In this document: positions 19,796-28,892 of the stretch, piece by piece
Numbering within the stretch: position 1 is the first letter of the stretch
Layout of the letters: every line of letters starts with the position of its first letter
Source of the DNA: Candidatus Latescibacterota bacterium
GTDB lineage: Bacteria; Latescibacterota; UBA2968; GCA-2709665
Length of the DNA: 64,000 nucleotides
Assembly: GCA_965222075.1 (NCBI GenBank)
Contig: OZ244937.1
Location: 4,864,001-4,928,000 of the forward strand
Direction of reading: 5' to 3'
The notes under the pieces: model-generated
The model's database searches: none
What the model was told of the DNA's origin: nothing
The model's input: the letters and a program-made list of their open reading frames with translations, nothing else
Translations under genes and position numbers: made by a program

Positions 19796-20011
19796 TGGAG
19801 TATCTCCTGCTTTATTACGAAAAGGAAAAAACGCCACGGAAGCACACAGAAAGGGCCTTCGGAGGATCATTCAGGCTCTGAGCCAGAGGATAGAAAAGGG
19901 CGGAATACGCGCCACTCACAACTCGCTACGGGTTTCAACCGTATCCGGACGGCTTCCCACGGAGGGTGGTGCCATGAGGCAAGGGACGGTTCCGTATCTG
20001 TTTTTCGTTCT

Positions 20012-21133
20012 TCAGTGTACTCGAAATGCCGGGACTTCGCCGGGAACCGGGGAGTTATCGAAGGCGCCCCGGTTTCGTACGGCTTCTTCGCCGCCGAAGG
20101 TTTCGATTCTGGCCTGCTGGCCGGCTTTTGCGCGGGCGTCCGTGGCTTCGGGGTTCAGAAGGTCGCGGAGCTGCCGGTCAAAATTTCTTAAGGTGGTTTG
20201 ATGGTCCGGTGAGGCCGAGAGGTCGTTTGTTTCATCCGGGTCGGTTTCGAGGTTGAAGAGCTGGTGTGGGTTATTGACATAATATATGTATTTGCAGGTT
20301 TGATTGCGAAGCATGTAGATGGCGTTTTGGGAGCCGACGGCGTGATATTCGCTGAAGACGGTTCGATCCGTTTCGGGCTGTTGGGCGATTTGCCAGAGGG
20401 AACTGCCGGGAAGGTTATGGCCTTCGGATTCGCCGGTGACGGATTCGAGTACGGTGGGAAAGCAGTCCACGAGGGATACGGGTGTGTTGACAATATGGCC
20501 CTGTGGAACGTCCGGGCCCGCAAGGATGAGGGGGATGGAAGCGGCTTCTTCGTACATCGTGAATTTGCCGAAGAGGCCACGGGCGCCCAGGGATTCGCCG
20601 TGGTCCGAGGTATAGAGGATGCGGGTGGTGTTGTCCAGGTTGTGTTCTGCGAGTGTGTTCAGGACACGGCCGATCTGGCGGTCCAGGTGGGTGCAAATGC
20701 CGTAATAGGCGGCGGTGAGGTTGCGCAGTTCGGTTTCGGTAAAGGGCTGATCGAAGTGGAAGAAGCGCCGGAAATAGTGGATGTCCGGATGGTCGGGCCA
20801 TGCGTCGGGCTGCCACTGGGCGGGTAGAGGGAGTTGATCTGGAGGATAGCTATCATAAAGATCGGGGGGGGAGATGTAGGGCGGATGGGGGCAGACGAAG
20901 GAGAGAAAGAGCACCCAGGGTTTGTGGTCGTTTTTATGCTCGGCCAGCCAGCGGCAGGCACGGTCGGCGTTGGAGATGTCGTACTGGAGATAGGTGGAGT
21001 CACTGGTGAAGCGTGTGCCGCGTTCGGCTAAGCGGTCGATGTTGGGCGTTTGGACAACCGGGTGGCCGTAGCAGCCGGTGATGTCGCGTGTGTGCTGGTC
21101 GGAGAGGATGAAGAGCAGGTTGGTGGGGTTCAT
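20012..21133 (-). pseudogene. Sulfatase (choline-sulfatase-like) with an in-frame internal deletion that removes the catalytic motif
   Basis: ILSDQH, TPNIDRLA, PHPP, YTSDHGE and GKFTMYE are present, but there is no C/S-x-P-x-R or GKxH; TRFT runs directly into SDSTYLQYD; only 373 aa. Confidence 0.65.
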
Positions 21134-21307
21134 CCGTTTTGTTCCTCAGTAGCATCCATTTCTAGCTCTCCCAACTATAATTTGGTTGTTATATAATGGC
21201 TCAGGAGTATGGTGTTCGAGTGTGTTCAGACCGGGGGCCGGTTTCTGGCACGCAGGTAAAAGAGAGGTATACACCCCGATGGACGGCGTGCGACAGTACG
21301 ACAGCCG

Positions 21308-21904
21308 TTATCGGGGGCCTCGCTCCCAGTGGTGGATGAATGTTTCCATGTCCACACCCAGCGCATCCGCTACCCGGTTGATGTAATTGAAATAGCCGAT
21401 AATCTGCGTGGCGTCGTGAATGGCGGCATCGTCAAAACCGTGGCGGCGCAATGTGGCGATATCCGCTTCGGCCATGGTTTCCGGATGCCTGGTCAGCTTT
21501 TCGGCATATGTGCACAAGGCCTGGTCGGCCGGGCTCAGGCCGGCCTGCCGCCAGTCGGTGGCGATCCGGTGTACGTACAGGTCCACGGCTGCCTCATCCT
21601 CCAATCCGAAATCGTGTACGGCCTCTGCCCGGAGGTCGTGTGCATGCGAGCGAATTCAGTAGACGCAGCAGTTTTGGGCCGAGACCACCACGGCCAGCAC
21701 CTCGCGCTGACCCCGGCTGAGCGGAGAGGGGCCGTGCATCAGGACACTGTAGAAATCCATTGACGCTTTCAGGGCACGTGGATTCTGGCTCATTGCACTG
21801 ACGATGTTCCAGACTCGACCCGCCCGTTTCAAGGCCGCGTCATACTGTTTCTTGAGAAACCCCGCTGCCTTGTTTATCGAAATGACTTCAATCCACATGG
21901 TCAT
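21308..21904 (-). CDS. AhpD/CMD-family peroxidase-related protein, probable selenoprotein (CVYU), 198 aa
   Basis: In-frame TGA at 21656-21658 joins the 82-aa and 98-aa ORFs: ..QNCCVY-U-IRSHAHDLR..YAEKLTRHP..GYFNYINRVADALG. Confidence 0.85.
21618..21639 (-). promoter_or_regulatory. Candidate bacterial SECIS hairpin
   Basis: ACGACCUC-CGGGCA-GAGGCCGU; loop begins 24 nt after UGA, with G at loop position 2. Confidence 0.6.
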
Positions 21905-22025
21905 ACCCGGTTTCAGGAACTTATGGCGGTTTGAGGTATCTAATCGGTTGGTTGCATAATATATGTCTCCAGTGCGTGTCAGACCAAAGACTTTTCAAGC
22001 CGGGCAATCCCATAGGAGGCAGCTG

Positions 22026-24263
22026 GTGAGGCGAACGCTGTTTGCCTTTATGGTGGCGCTGATGCCCTTACAGGTTTCGGCTGCAACGTTGAGCGGGTTT
22101 ATTACGGATAAAGGCAGTGGGGAGTCCCTGCCTTACTCCAATGTGGTTTTAAAGTGGGACGGCCCAATGCTGGGGGCTTTAAGCAATGTGGACGGATATT
22201 ATGCCATCAAGAACATACCGCCCGGCGTCTATACGCTGGTCGTCTTCTACATCGGTTATACAGATTTCCAGGATACCCTCAGGTTTGAGGGTCCCGAGGA
22301 GGTGCAGCTGGAGATTTCCCTGACGCCCGAACCGATTGTGACCGAGGAGATTGTGGTTGAGGCCGACCCATATGAAGAGGAGCGGGTCGTGCAGACGGGG
22401 TTTGTTGCGCTGGAGGCCCAGAAACTGCAGGAACTGCCGTCAATCGGGGAGCCCGATATTCTGCGCAGTTTGCAGTTGCTGCCGGGAATTCAATCAGCCT
22501 CGGATATCAGCACCGGGCTTTATATCCGCGGGGGAGGACCGGATCAGACTCTGATTTTGCTGGATCAGATCCCGCTTTACAATCCGTCTCACGCGTTCGG
22601 GTTTTTTTCCACGTTTAATCCGGATGCGATCAAGGATATGAGCCTGCACAAGGGGGCCTATCCGGCCCGGTACGGCGGACGGCTGGGGTCGGTGTTGGAC
22701 GTGCACAACCGGGACGGAAACCGGAAGGATTTTCAGGGTACGGGTGGGGTGAGCCTGATTTCAGCGCGGCTGACGCTGGAGGGGCCGGTTCGGAAGGGGT
22801 CCTGGATGGTGTCGGGCCGCCGGACCTATATGGAGCCGATTCTGTCATTGATTCGGAATGACAGCACGGATGTGCCGTCCTACTTTTTTTACGATTTGAA
22901 CGCCAAGCTCAATCAGGATCTGACCGAACGAGACAAGCTGATGTTGAGCGGGTATTTCGGCCGGGACGATCTGAATTTCGATCTGGACGAAGGGACTTTT
23001 TTCAACATCCGCTGGGGGAACTCGGCCTTTACGGGGCGGTGGACCCACGTTTTCTCTCCGGCGGTGTTCGGAAATTTTATGGTGGCCGGCAGCAAGTATA
23101 CCAGCACGACATCGCTGAGTATTTTCAAGACGCCCATCCTGTTTTTCAACAGCATCCGGGATGTGACGGTGAAGGGGGACCTGGACTATTTTGCCAGCAG
23201 CCGGCATGCGCTTACGGCCGGCGTTCTGGCTACGTGGTATGACTTTACGTTCAAACAGGTGTTCAACCAGGAACCCCTGCTCGACCTTCAGGAGCGGCCT
23301 TTTCTGTTCGCGTTCTACGCGCAGGATCTGTGGCAGCCTTATTCGCACACCAGCATCCGGCTGGGGGTGCGGTCCAACTATTTCAGCGAAGGAGAGCGTT
23401 TCCAGGTGGAGCCGCGTTTCTCCCTGAGCCATCAACTGAAGCCCGATATGAGGGTCAAGTTGGGCGGCGGGTTCTACCACCAGTACCTGCATCTGGTAAC
23501 GAGCGAAGGGTTCAGCGGGGGCGATTTCTGGGTGCCGCTGGACCATACGGTGCAGCCGGGGCGTTCCTGGCAGGGGGTGGCCGGTTTTGAGTGGGAGCCT
23601 TCCAAACGCTACCAGTTGTCTTTAGAGGGATATTATACGGACCTGGTAAATCTGGTTGTGCTGGACAACAGGGTCGCCGTAGACAGTCGGGATACGACCT
23701 CTGACGATGTTTTTGTATCCGGCGGGAAGGGCTTCGCCACCGGGGTGGAGGTCTTTCTGCAGCGGCGTACCGGGGCGCTGACCGGGTGGGTGGGGTATAC
23801 GCTGGGATGGACGCGGCGGACGTTTACAGAGCTGAACGGGGGACGCCGGTTTCCGCCCAAGTACGACCGGCGTCACGACCTCTCCTTTGTGACCAGCTAT
23901 AAGGTGGACCGGTGGTCCTTTGGCGCAAACCTGCTCTATGGCACCGGGCAGGCCTATACCCCGGCCTCGGTGCGGTATACGCTGCGTTCGCCGGCGACGG
24001 GGGCGTTTTTGAAGGACGATTTTGTGCTCCCCGCAGACCGCAACAGCGCCCGCCTGCTGCCCTACCACCGCGTCGATCTGAACATCAAGCGGCGGTTCCG
24101 GCTCTTCGGCAGCGAGGCCGAGGCATTTCTCCAGGTCTTTAATGTGTACAACCGCCGGAATGAGTGGTTTGTGCAGTACAATGCAGACGATCCGGAGACC
24201 GAGCCGGAGGTGATCAAGATGCTGCCGATTGTGCCGACGCTGGGGATCAATTTTGCGTTTTAG
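22026..24263 (+). CDS. TonB-dependent receptor with N-terminal carboxypeptidase-regulatory-like domain
   Basis: Signal peptide, LQLLPGI..GLYIRGG plug, YPARYGGRL, C-terminal F; GTG 22026 after AGGAGG. Confidence 0.9.
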   Translation: MRRTLFAFMVALMPLQVSAATLSGFITDKGSGESLPYSNVVLKWDGPMLGALSNVDGYYAIKNIPPGVYTLVVFYIGYTDFQDTLRFEGPEEVQLEISLTPEPIVTEEIVVEADPYEEERVVQTGFVALEAQKLQELPSIGEPDILRSLQLLPGIQSASDISTGLYIRGGGPDQTLILLDQIPLYNPSHAFGFFSTFNPDAIKDMSLHKGAYPARYGGRLGSVLDVHNRDGNRKDFQGTGGVSLISARLTLEGPVRKGSWMVSGRRTYMEPILSLIRNDSTDVPSYFFYDLNAKLNQDLTERDKLMLSGYFGRDDLNFDLDEGTFFNIRWGNSAFTGRWTHVFSPAVFGNFMVAGSKYTSTTSLSIFKTPILFFNSIRDVTVKGDLDYFASSRHALTAGVLATWYDFTFKQVFNQEPLLDLQERPFLFAFYAQDLWQPYSHTSIRLGVRSNYFSEGERFQVEPRFSLSHQLKPDMRVKLGGGFYHQYLHLVTSEGFSGGDFWVPLDHTVQPGRSWQGVAGFEWEPSKRYQLSLEGYYTDLVNLVVLDNRVAVDSRDTTSDDVFVSGGKGFATGVEVFLQRRTGALTGWVGYTLGWTRRTFTELNGGRRFPPKYDRRHDLSFVTSYKVDRWSFGANLLYGTGQAYTPASVRYTLRSPATGAFLKDDFVLPADRNSARLLPYHRVDLNIKRRFRLFGSEAEAFLQVFNVYNRRNEWFVQYNADDPETEPEVIKMLPIVPTLGINFAF

Positions 24264-24311
24264 CCTGGTTTTAAAAAGCGCTACGGAAAGACACGGAAGG
24301 TCAGGTATAGG

Positions 24312-25238
24312 ATGATGATGCGATGGGCACTTATGCTTTGCTGTTTGCTGGCGGCTGGCTGTGCGGCAAATCGGGAGCCGGGTGAACTTTTTGGGCCTTC
24401 GGAAGCCGGTACGCTGGTGGTGGATGCGCTGTTGATTGTGGACCATCCGCTGCCCGATCTGTTTGTGCGGCAGACGGTTGCGCCGGGGGTGAGGTATATC
24501 GATGCGGTCTCGGCGGTGACGGACGCCCAGGTAGAGGTCCGGCAGGGAGCGCAGGTGTTCCGGTACCGGGCCGATCCCGATTCCCTGGGGCGGTACCTGC
24601 CGCCGGAGGGTCCTCCGCCGGTGATGCCGAATACGGAGTATGAGCTGAGGGTTCGGTCGGAGGAACGGGAGGCGCGCGCAGCCACGCGAACGCCGGGTCG
24701 TTTTCAGATCCGGGAAGCGGTTTTGCTGGATGGGAAGCCCCTGGAGGTAAGGCGAAAATTCAAGACATTTATCGACGGGGCCGACCAGGTTTTCACGGCG
24801 CCCGAGAACCAGGTGATTTACCAGGACGGTCTGTTAGAGATCCGGTTCCAGCCGATTGATGTGCCCGGCTACCAGGTGGGGATTATCAGCTTAGACCGAA
24901 ATTCGGAACGCGTGCTTGAGGCGGATTTCTTAGAAGAGGAGGACTACGAGGATCTGGAGCGACAGGCAAGCTCCCCGGCGTTCGTGGCGCCGGACGGGAA
25001 GCTGCGCCTGCCCTGGTTCGCGGTCTTTTTTTTGGGCCGGCACATGATCAGGGTTTATGCGCTGGACAAAAACTGGTTTGACTTTGTGCGCTCCAGTCCG
25101 GAGAACCAGGAGGGCAATTTCGGCGGGCTGGCCGGGGACAATTTTGAACGGCCTCTGTTTCACGTAGAGGGAGGAATCGGCCTGTTCGGGTCGGCATCGA
25201 TGGATTCGCTGGGGTTTATGGTGGTGCCGAAAGAATGA
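24312..25238 (+). CDS. Lipoprotein partner of the TonB receptor (DUF4249-like)
   Basis: Lipobox LAAGC, LVVDALL, C-terminal HVEGGIGLFGS. Confidence 0.7.
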   Translation: MMMRWALMLCCLLAAGCAANREPGELFGPSEAGTLVVDALLIVDHPLPDLFVRQTVAPGVRYIDAVSAVTDAQVEVRQGAQVFRYRADPDSLGRYLPPEGPPPVMPNTEYELRVRSEEREARAATRTPGRFQIREAVLLDGKPLEVRRKFKTFIDGADQVFTAPENQVIYQDGLLEIRFQPIDVPGYQVGIISLDRNSERVLEADFLEEEDYEDLERQASSPAFVAPDGKLRLPWFAVFFLGRHMIRVYALDKNWFDFVRSSPENQEGNFGGLAGDNFERPLFHVEGGIGLFGSASMDSLGFMVVPKE

Positions 25239-25243
25239 GTAGG

Positions 25244-25306
25244 AGTCGCGAGTCCCCTGCCCCTCCGCCGCTTTTGACTTTGACTTGCGACTCACGACTT
25301 GTGACT
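25244..25306. repeat. Heptamer (GACTYRY)n repeats with inverted arm between convergent genes
   Basis: AGTCGCGAGTC (25244-25254) pairs with GACTTGCGACT (25282-25292); GACTTGC/GACTCAC/GACTTGT tandem. Confidence 0.55.
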
Positions 25307-25330
25307 GGGGTGGTGGAGAAAGGGGAGGCA

Positions 25331-27322
25331 TTATGCCCATCCGTGGACGCCGTGGCCGCTGCCGGGGAACCAGACGAGGTCGACGATGAAGGAGACGAGC
25401 ACACCGGCCGCGCGGCCGACGATGATGCCGAAGAAGAGGGGACAGAATTTGCGGTAAAGCCGGACCCCGCCCACCCGCATGACAATGGCTTTGAACATCC
25501 AGACGATGAACAGGGAGGTGATTTCGTGGAGGATGCTGGTGGTGGTAACGATGAAACCCACCGGGTGGATCGGCCACCGGGGGAGGCGATAGCGGAGTGC
25601 GGTGAAGATGACGATGAGGATGGCCCCAAACCCAAAGAGGGCCAGGCGTTCCCAGGAGGCGGGCTCGGGGGATTTGATGTTGGTGATGATGCTGTCGTAG
25701 CGTCTGGGGGCATAGCGGGTGAAGGGGTATTCGGTGAAGTTGAATGCGCCGTGGGTGTAGCCCAGGTAGAGGACTAAGCCGATGTTGACGACCAGGGCGG
25801 CGAGCAGACCCAGGAGGAGGGCCCAGAAGACGCGGCGCTTGCCGGTGGGGATGCCGTCGAGGGCCTTGGCCCCCTGGGAGAGGGCGGGCAGGAAGTACAT
25901 CCAGCGGACAGCGTGGGATGTGGTGGACGCGGTAATGGTTTGCGCCGAGAGGGTTTCGGTACCCAGGATCTGATATCCGACGTCAAGAGGGCTGGTGGGA
26001 ATGCCCAGATAGAGGGTGCCGGATTCACAGATGAAGCGGGCAAGGGCGATGTAGATGACGATGGAGGCGGGGATGGTGATGGCGATGAGCCGGGCTTCCA
26101 CCCCGGCCTGATGGAGCCACCCGACGATGTAGAGCGTGCCCAGAGTGAGTCCGACCACAGCGGTCCGATAGGAGAAGATCTCTCCGGCGTCGTCCACGTC
26201 CGGATCGCCGGTGACGGCCTTGCGGAAGACGGCTTTGAGGTGACGGCGCGTGATCCAGAGGCCCCAGCCCACGAAGGCGAAGAGGGCGCCAAGGCTTTGC
26301 CATTTGATGAGGGGGTCGCCCCAGCTCCCTCCCGACTTGTGCATCTGCCCAAGCTGGAAGCCGGTTTTGCGGATGAGGGCGATTTCAGACATCAAGAGGA
26401 AGTGGAAGAACCAGATGGAGAAGAGGATTTCGAGTTTGACGAAGTAGCCGAAGCCGATGGTGTAGGTGTTGATGTGCGTCAGCAGGGGGGGGAAGAGGCG
26501 GGCGAAGTAGAAGAGTCCGCGGTTGGGGCTTACGCTGATGCGGGGCCAGGTGGGCTGGAAGTAGGTGATGATGTTCCACCCGATGATGCCGAAGGCGAGG
26601 GCAAATCCGGTCCAGAAGAGCCGCCCCTTGAAGAGGTCCGGCCATTTGGGACGGCCGGAATCGTCCCGGGCGTCATCCTTCAGGTCGAGGATGGGGGCGA
26701 GGAGGGGGTAGTCGAGACGTTCGTGTTCGATCCACTGTTTGCGCAGGATGACCACAATGCAGGCGCACACAATGAAGCCGGCCAGGATGAGGGTGAGCCA
26801 CCAGAAGAGGGGAAAGAACCAGGCGTTCCAGGGGATGTTAGCCCCTGTGGGCAGGCCTTCGTAGAGAAAGGTGGTCTGGAGGCCCTCGTTTGTGGGGAAG
26901 AGATGGGATGGGAGGTGGGGGTAGACGTGTTCGATCCAGCCGTTTTCGGGGGTGCCCCGGTAGTAAGGCACGGCCATCAGGCCCAGCCAGATGCCGGTCA
27001 GACCCCGGGCCGGGATCATGGCGGCCGTCAGGCCCATGGCGAGGATGGTGGACAGCTCTGAAGGGGTAAGCCCCACCACACCGGGTCGGGTGCGAAGGAT
27101 GAGGTTGGCCGTGACGATGAGCATGAAGAGGACGAAGAAGGAGATGGGGAGGTGGGTGATGTTGATAGCCGAGGTATTCGCCGCGGTGCGCGAGTAGGTG
27201 ATCCAGGCGCTGATGAGGGCCGATGCCAGGATGCCGATGCCAACCCCTCGCAGGGTGATCCCCTGGCCCTCTGCCTGGGGAGTGGGCGCAGGCCGGGCCT
27301 CTGCAGATACTGAAAGTGCCAT
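25331..27322 (-). CDS. DUF6785/DUF6784-like polytopic membrane protein (putative transporter), paralog 1
   Basis: TPENGW, LRKQWIEHERLDYPL, SYRTAV, WPIHPVGF, PLFFGIIVG. Confidence 0.75.
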   Translation of the reverse strand: MALSVSAEARPAPTPQAEGQGITLRGVGIGILASALISAWITYSRTAANTSAINITHLPISFFVLFMLIVTANLILRTRPGVVGLTPSELSTILAMGLTAAMIPARGLTGIWLGLMAVPYYRGTPENGWIEHVYPHLPSHLFPTNEGLQTTFLYEGLPTGANIPWNAWFFPLFWWLTLILAGFIVCACIVVILRKQWIEHERLDYPLLAPILDLKDDARDDSGRPKWPDLFKGRLFWTGFALAFGIIGWNIITYFQPTWPRISVSPNRGLFYFARLFPPLLTHINTYTIGFGYFVKLEILFSIWFFHFLLMSEIALIRKTGFQLGQMHKSGGSWGDPLIKWQSLGALFAFVGWGLWITRRHLKAVFRKAVTGDPDVDDAGEIFSYRTAVVGLTLGTLYIVGWLHQAGVEARLIAITIPASIVIYIALARFICESGTLYLGIPTSPLDVGYQILGTETLSAQTITASTTSHAVRWMYFLPALSQGAKALDGIPTGKRRVFWALLLGLLAALVVNIGLVLYLGYTHGAFNFTEYPFTRYAPRRYDSIITNIKSPEPASWERLALFGFGAILIVIFTALRYRLPRWPIHPVGFIVTTTSILHEITSLFIVWMFKAIVMRVGGVRLYRKFCPLFFGIIVGRAAGVLVSFIVDLVWFPGSGHGVHGWA

Positions 27323-27615
27323 GGGGCAGGCGCTCCGTGGTTTTTTTGTGGGTGAAAGATCGGGTTTAAGGTTTTCCAACATATATAGATTGCTGTTCCC
27401 CGTCAAGGAAGGAAGAGAGCGGTGGTAAGCGACCCCAGGGGTGTTGTGGGCAGGTGACGCGGAAGGATAACCATAACTTTACAGAGGCAGAAAAGGAGTG
27501 TATATTATATCCAAGTTACGTTGTTTGGCCCATTCATATCCTAATCGTTAGCGTCTTTCACCCTGGCGATATCCCCGGCGAGTTTTCTTACCGACCTTAC
27601 AAAAGGAGGTCCGAG

Positions 27616-28842
27616 ATGAGATACATGCTTTCTCTGATTTGTGTGATTGCCGTGTCGTTCGCCCTCGCCGGCTGCGGCGGCAAAGGCGGGTCGCCTTCCG
27701 GGCCGTCGAACGGAGGCACGGGGAGTACAGGCGGCAGCACAGGTGAGAGCACAACAGGCAGCGGCAGTTCCGCCCGGGATGCGCAACAGGGTGGAAATTT
27801 CTTAGATGTTAACACGTTTCCCCAGAATCTCCTCATACAGGGCTGCCCCGGCGTGGACTGTATTCCGGCGCTGACCGATCCGACCTTTGTGGATGCATCT
27901 TCGGCGGACGCCGGCTATCTCAGAGATACCGACCTGGTGATGGGGGTGGTGGCCAACGGAGAGGCGAAGGCCTACCCCCACAACATCGGGTGGTGGCACG
28001 AGGTCGTGAACGACAAGGTGGGCGAGCAGCCGGTCGTGGTCAGCCTCTGTCCGCTGACAGGCACGGGCATGGTGTTCGACGGCAAGTGGGAGGACGGCGA
28101 GCGGCTTTACACCGGGGTGTCGGGTCTGCTGTTTAACAACAATCTGGTGATGTACGACCGGCCTTTGGAAGGGTCCTCGACCCTCTTCCCGCAGATGACC
28201 TATAAGGGAATCGTGGGCCCCCGGGAGGGGCAGGCGCTGAGGCTGATACCGGTGGTGGAGACGACCTGGGGCTACTGGAGGGCGCTTTATCCCAATACCA
28301 AGGTCATCAGCGGCAATACGGGGGTATATTCCGTGAACCAGTACACGGCGTACCCCTACATCCAGGGAGGGGCAGACTACCGGATTGTCGACGATTTTGT
28401 TATTTATCCCCTGTCTCCATCCTACGACGAGAATCAGACCAGCCGGTTCTTCAGGCCCAAGCATATGACCCTGGGCGTCCGGTTCGACGATTTGGCCAAG
28501 GCCTACCCCTTCCCGTCGCTGGGAACCGAGTCGGTGATTAACGACCGGTTGGCCGGGAATGACCTTGTGGTGGTCTATTACGCCCGGGAGGAGCTGGCCA
28601 TTCCCTACTACCGAAAGATTGTGGATAACAACACCGAACGCATCCTGACCTTTGAGAAGGTGGCTTCCAGCACGACTCTTTACCCCTTTATGATGAAAGA
28701 TAAGGAGACCGGGTCCACCTGGAACCTGAAGGGTGAGGCGGTGAGCGGAGCGCTCAGCGGAAAGCAGCTGACGCAGATTCCGGCACACAACGCCTTCTGG
28801 TTTGCCTGGTCGACCTTCTGGCGGAATACGGGCGTCTTTTAG
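27616..28842 (+). CDS. DUF3179-like lipoprotein with G/S-rich linker
   Basis: Lipobox LAGC, DCIPAL..P.FV, HEVVND, LCPLTG, SGLLFNNNLVMYDR, FWFAW. Confidence 0.8.
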   Translation: MRYMLSLICVIAVSFALAGCGGKGGSPSGPSNGGTGSTGGSTGESTTGSGSSARDAQQGGNFLDVNTFPQNLLIQGCPGVDCIPALTDPTFVDASSADAGYLRDTDLVMGVVANGEAKAYPHNIGWWHEVVNDKVGEQPVVVSLCPLTGTGMVFDGKWEDGERLYTGVSGLLFNNNLVMYDRPLEGSSTLFPQMTYKGIVGPREGQALRLIPVVETTWGYWRALYPNTKVISGNTGVYSVNQYTAYPYIQGGADYRIVDDFVIYPLSPSYDENQTSRFFRPKHMTLGVRFDDLAKAYPFPSLGTESVINDRLAGNDLVVVYYAREELAIPYYRKIVDNNTERILTFEKVASSTTLYPFMMKDKETGSTWNLKGEAVSGALSGKQLTQIPAHNAFWFAWSTFWRNTGVF

Positions 28843-28892
28843 AGTATTGAAGATTGCAAATTGGTCCCGCCATCTCTATTGTGAGGTGAAGG

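Noticed and set aside
19915-19985. HDV-like ribozyme on the minus strand (pyrimidine loop, GG, P4-like hairpin, GCGA)
   Set aside because: No upstream strand complementary to the putative P1' (AGCCGUCC), and the loop lacks the conserved G; kept only as a generic structured leader
27616-28842. Second selenoprotein in the DUF3179-like gene
   Set aside because: No in-frame TGA; Cys-encoded and ends at TAG after the family's terminal FWFAW motif
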